9,730 nucleotides of DNA, from sequence record OY723336.1; one strand, written 5' to 3'. This document shows positions 6,357-9,730 of this stretch, one piece after another. The notes beneath the pieces are model-generated. The model searched no databases. It had not been told where the DNA came from and saw nothing but the letters and a program-made list of their open reading frames with translations. The position numbers were made by a program, and so were the translations under genes. Every line of letters begins with the position of its first letter. Positions within the stretch are counted from its first letter, which is position 1.

Positions 6357-7073
6357 GATGACATGATCTGATGCCATGATCTCATGATCTGATGGTATGA
6401 TGAGTACATACTACTACATACTACTAGTACATGCATGCCATACCACCATAGTACCACTGTATGGTATGGTACAGGGTTAAGGTGCTATCCCTGAGGATGA
6501 CCTATTCTGTGCATGCAGATAGTAGTGTATCTGTTCATACTACTACATCATTCCATACCACCATTGCATACATGTATTCCATACCACCATTGTACACATT
6601 GCATGGTATGATGAGTACTAGTATACTGTATGGTGTGCATCTCTACATACTACTAGCACATACTACTAGTACATGTGGTGATAGAGACAGTGGTTCGTAC
6701 ATGCTATACGTCCTAGTAATCATGCCGCTACGGTATCACCCATATACTATACATAGCTGTGTACTCTACTCTGCAGATGTATCTGTGTAGTGTATAGTAC
6801 CTACTCCAGATAGTCTACTACATCATACTCTGTGTATTAGTGTTGATGCTAGGAGTGCATCCATCCTACTAGCAGTGCTCACTATAGCTGTTATGCCATG
6901 TAGTACGTAGTCCATAGTAGGTGTGCATCGTACTCCACCAGGCACTATAGCAGTAGAGTATAAGGGTAATGTTAAAGGTCACGTTATCGTCTACTAGTGC
7001 ATAGTCTCCCTCCTGGTCCCTCACTCCCTGTATGGCAGTGTATAGACCATGTAGAGATACTATGCACTAATAC
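6357..7073. other. Unit-2-specific unique segment, non-coding as far as I can see
   Basis: I found no second copy by reading the window. The composition is the same catg/gtac/tact-rich type. Internal short repeats: catgatct x3 (6362, 6375, 6383), catactactagtacatg x2, and a 17-mer repeated at 6550 and 6576. All frames I translated are full of stops. Confidence 0.75.
6550..6592. repeat. Pair of exact 17-bp direct repeats, period 26 bp, inside the unique segment
   Basis: attccataccaccattg occurs at 6550-6566 and 6576-6592. Confidence 0.9.
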
Positions 7074-7600
7074 GATGTGTATACCTGTTCATTAAGTACA
7101 TCATTAGATACATCAAACCATGTGTTTCATGTCATTAGATGTATCAATACATGCTACTACTAGTACTCTCTAGATACTCATAGTACTCCATACACCTCTG
7201 CAATGGTGGTATGGTACCCGTACTCCCCATGTACTGTATACCATAGGATACATGGTACTAATGGTGTGTATGGTGTAGTACTACTGGTATTAGATGTGTA
7301 TACCTACTCATAATGAGTACTTCATGTCATCAAATCATGTGTTTTCATGTCATCAAATGCATGCAATATCATGATATCTGGTGACTACTGGATACTCCCT
7401 AATGGCCATAATGGCTCCTTAGAGGTATGGGGATACTCCCCGTAGGCCTCTCGGTAGCCTGGATGTGCAGAGAGGGTATTCCCTGTGGAGGTGGTCTCCT
7501 CAGGTATCCCGTATGCCATATCCTGTCATTAGATGTGTATACCTACTCATTTCATGTCATCAAATGCATGCAATTACATGATGACACTGCTCATGAGTAC
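7074..7600. repeat. H-monomer array 2 of unit 2 (rebuilt, contains R126 copy 6)
   Basis: There is a degenerate monomer at 7074-7310 (catgtgtttcatgtcattagatg). tcatgtcatcaaa occurs at 7322, 7345 and 7552. Confidence 0.8.
7407..7532. repeat. R126 element, copy 6 (extra copy, present only in unit 2)
   Basis: Identical to copy 5, including the private variant. It lies inside a 178-bp identical run, 5546-5723 = 7388-7565. Confidence 0.9.
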
Positions 7601-8413
7601 CTACCCGTAGTAGTATACATGTGGTACCCATGGTATACATAGTACTCGTAGTGTATGCTGTTAGGCTATGATATAGGGGTATCCCGTACCCCTCATATCC
7701 TCCGTGCATACTACTAGTATCCTGTATATCACTAGATACTGTATATGATCATACGTGCAAACCATGTGTTCAGATGTCTCGAAACATGTGTTTTGGTGTC
7801 ATGACATACACATTCTGTACTACTAATGAGTACCTGTACATGGTATGTGCTGTAAGGGATACTAGGGGATATGGTGCATACCTCTAATGGGGCATATGCT
7901 GCCATTAGGGATACCCCCAATACCTGTAGTACTCTGTATAGCTCATTACACCATGATATGCAATAGTAGTGGATTCGCTCATCTCGACTAGATCATGTCA
8001 CGAAATGACATGTTTTGGGAGGTGTGCCGATACCCACTAGTAACACAGATACTGTATGGTATGCAGGTATCCCCATTCCCTCGATAAAGAGGCATCAGGG
8101 GATATGCACATGCCACCAGTACACTAAGGGATCCAAGGGGTGCCAAAAGGGGTCCAAAAGTGCTCATTTTAGGGGTACCCGTAAATGGCATAATTGCCCC
8201 GATTTCGCGTACTCATATTCCTAAGGTCACTGTAAGGAATATGGTCTCCGGCGATGGCATTCCCATTGTGTGCATCCGGAAAGGGCATAAAATGACCCAT
8301 TTTAGGCACTTTTGGGCCTTTTGGGGTCGCGAAAGTGCACATTAAGACCCCTAATGTCTCCAAAAGGGTCCAAAATGATGCATTCGTTTTCTGCCTGACT
8401 CGGATCCGCCCTT

Positions 8414-8432
8414 CGCGCGCGCGCGCGTGTGT
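8414..8432. repeat. Alternating pyrimidine-purine microsatellite (CG)7 followed by TGTGT, unit-2 copy
   Basis: Same sequence at offset 5178. Confidence 0.95.
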
Positions 8433-8725
8433 TACTATACACTAAGGGCACACAATTTAGGGGTTCCGAGCACCTCCAGACCCCCAATCCGACACCCTCT
8501 GGGATACCCTATCTGAGGGGTACGGGCCCGAATCCCTTAGGAGCACCTTAGGGATGGCATTGGGGAGGGGTCTGGGAGCACCCAGAAAGGGTCCCAAAAC
8601 GAGTGATTTAGGGTCCAAAACACCCATTTTGGGAGGTCTCGGGATACCTCAGATACCCCATTTCTGGAGGTCTTGGGGTCCTCAGATCATGGCATCCGTG
8701 TCCTCAGATACCTAATACCTATGGT

Positions 8726-8829
8726 CTGCGAGTCCTTAGTACCTATCTGCATGGTCTGTATGCCCGTATCCTCTGTGCCATGTCCTCTGTGCATGTCCTC
8801 AGTACCTCTCTGCGAGTCCTTAGTACCTA
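8726..8829. repeat. Pair of exact 20-bp direct repeats, unit-2 copy
   Basis: Same 20-mer at 8726-8745 and 8810-8829. Confidence 0.9.
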
Positions 8830-8836
8830 ATGCCTA

Positions 8837-8860
8837 TACCTATCTGCATACCTATCTGCA
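8837..8860. repeat. 12-bp minisatellite (tacctatctgca) x2
   Basis: Two perfect units at 8837-8848 and 8849-8860. This accounts for the 24-bp length difference from copy 1. Confidence 0.95.
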
Positions 8861-9156
8861 CAGGTCCTCAGATACATCGCGAGCATCCCCGGACCCCATA
8901 TCTCATGATCTGATGGTCTCCGGATCCGCTCATGGTCTCCAGATCTGCACATCCCCAGACCCCTAATCCGATACCCACAGCATATGGTCTCATAGTATGT
9001 ATCTAATGGTGATGGTATCCATAGTGGTCTGTATCCCTACTACACACACCATGGTATGTAGTGCATATGGTCTGTATGCCCTCATGGTCTCCGGATCCCT
9101 GCATCCCTGGATCCCATACCCATGGCATCCCCAGACCCCCGGATCTCATGATTCCA

Positions 9157-9222
9157 GACCCCAAATCCATCATTTTGAGACCTCTAAAATCATCATTTTA
9201 GACCCCAAAACCATGGATTTCA
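9157..9222. repeat. Three tandem degenerate 22-bp dyad units (unit-2 counterpart)
   Basis: Offset 5154 from 4003-4068. Confidence 0.8.
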
Positions 9223-9259
9223 GGTCCTCAGATATGCTCTCCGGGATGCTCGTAATGGT

Positions 9260-9385
9260 CATAATGGCTCTCAGAGGATATGGGGATACTCCCCGTAGGC
9301 CTCTCGGTAGCCCAGGATGCACGGAGGGACATTCCCTGTGGAGGTGATCTCCTCAGGTATCCCGTATGCCATATCCTGTCATTAG
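9260..9385. repeat. R126 element, copy 7 (unit-2 counterpart of copy 3)
   Basis: Offset 5154 from 4106-4231. ORF peptides 4126..4371 and 9280..9525 are identical. Confidence 0.9.
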
Positions 9386-9730
9386 GTACCCATTCCGACC
9401 CATTTGGTGTCCCCAAAATCATCACTTTTGGTGACCAAAGGGGTACCCCTTTGCAACACGTTTTGGGACCCCCTAAAATGGTCACTTTTGGGACCTCTTT
9501 AGGTACCCTTCCCGGCACCCCTTAAGGGCCATCCTTCGAGGAATGGCACCATTTAGGGGGTCTGAAAGGGGGTCAGAAAGGGTGCTAAAAGGGTACATGC
9601 ATGAGTACTCACACACCATCTTTAAGGGGTTTCGGGGGTTCTGTATCCCTCGAAGGATCCCCCTTAGTATATGGGGTGGTGTTCCCATGTGCAAAAGGGG
9701 CTAAAAGAGGTGTTTTCGACCCTTTTTGCA

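Larger units (their letters stand above)
6357..7527. other. Variable middle of unit 2 (unique 717 bp plus a rebuilt H-monomer/R126 segment)
   Basis: 6357-7073 has no counterpart in the window. 7074-7527 is assembled from H-monomer sequence plus an R126 copy and is paralogous to 5440-5723. Confidence 0.8.
4577..9730. repeat. Macro-repeat unit, copy 2 (5154 bp)
   Basis: Same order and orientation as copy 1. It is 578 bp longer: -1 bp in block A, +612 bp in the variable middle, -33 bp in block C. The last 16 nt (9715-9730, ttcgaccctttttgca) equal 4561-4576, and the first 10 nt of the window equal 4577-4586. Confidence 0.93.
7528..9730. repeat. Block C, copy 2
   Basis: Offsets to copy 1 are 5187, then 5178, then 5154. 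The stretch corresponding to 2401-2560 shows about 7 substitutions, mostly transitions. Downstream the ORF-covered parts are almost identical. Confidence 0.9.

Noticed and set aside
6362-6396. Hammerhead-ribozyme-like ctgatg strings in catgatctgatgccatgatctcatgatctgatgg
   Set aside because: The CUGAUGA core is not complete (ctgatgc / ctgatgg), and there is no matching GAAA box or helices I-III. It is a local 8-mer (catgatct) repeat.
6437-6447. 5S rRNA-like start gccataccacc (with ccataccaccat also at 6554 and 6580) and nearby gatct/ctgatc strings
   Set aside because: Only an 11-nt match to the conserved 5' part of eukaryotic 5S. The downstream sequence does not continue with the 5S helix II/III or loop C/E sequences, and the motif is explained by the local cat/acc-rich repeat.
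6692-6698. tRNA T-loop-like ggttcgt, and an A-box-like tagcccagg inside R126
   Set aside because: There are no complementary T-stem arms, no acceptor or anticodon stems and no B-box at the proper spacing. These are isolated short matches only.
6357-7073. The unit-2 unique segment, considered as an inserted transposon or IS
   Set aside because: I found no terminal inverted repeats, transposase ORF or LTRs. The flanks are not contiguous in unit 1, because this is a replacement rather than a simple insertion, so a target-site duplication cannot be assessed. Only a 4-nt gatg occurs at both edges (6357-6360 and 7074-7077).

Overview
I can support no protein-coding gene, rRNA, tRNA, CRISPR array or recognisable mobile element in this 9730-bp window. 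It consists of two head-to-tail, diverged copies of one large non-coding repeat unit: copy 1 = 1-4576 and copy 2 = 4577-9730. The window is exactly in phase with the repeat, so joining base 9730 to base 1 recreates the internal junction at 4576/4577. Each unit has three parts. Block A (1-1781 = 4577-6356) looks about 98-99% identical by eye. A variable middle follows (1782-2340 versus 6357-7527), and copy 2 carries a 717-bp stretch (6357-7073) with no counterpart elsewhere in the window. Block C (2341-4576 = 7528-9730) is nearly identical between copies. Smaller repeat families are nested inside:
- a ~126-bp element, present 7 times plus one degenerate copy
- ~185-230-bp 'H-monomers' built around the 13-mer tcatgtcatcaaa, which occurs 18 times
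- a 1285-bp internal periodicity
- degenerate 22-bp dyad units with phased A/T tracts and single telomere-like heptamers
- a 12-bp minisatellite with 4 versus 2 copies
- a (CG)7(TG)n tract
All ORFs in the track are short (129 aa or less), overlap on both strands and are frameshifted between copies, so I read them as non-coding. The organisation resembles satellite, subtelomeric or heterochromatic DNA, or a non-coding circular or collapsed tandem array, more than a normal prokaryotic locus. I cannot identify the source organism. The interest here lies in the repeat architecture, not in any gene system.
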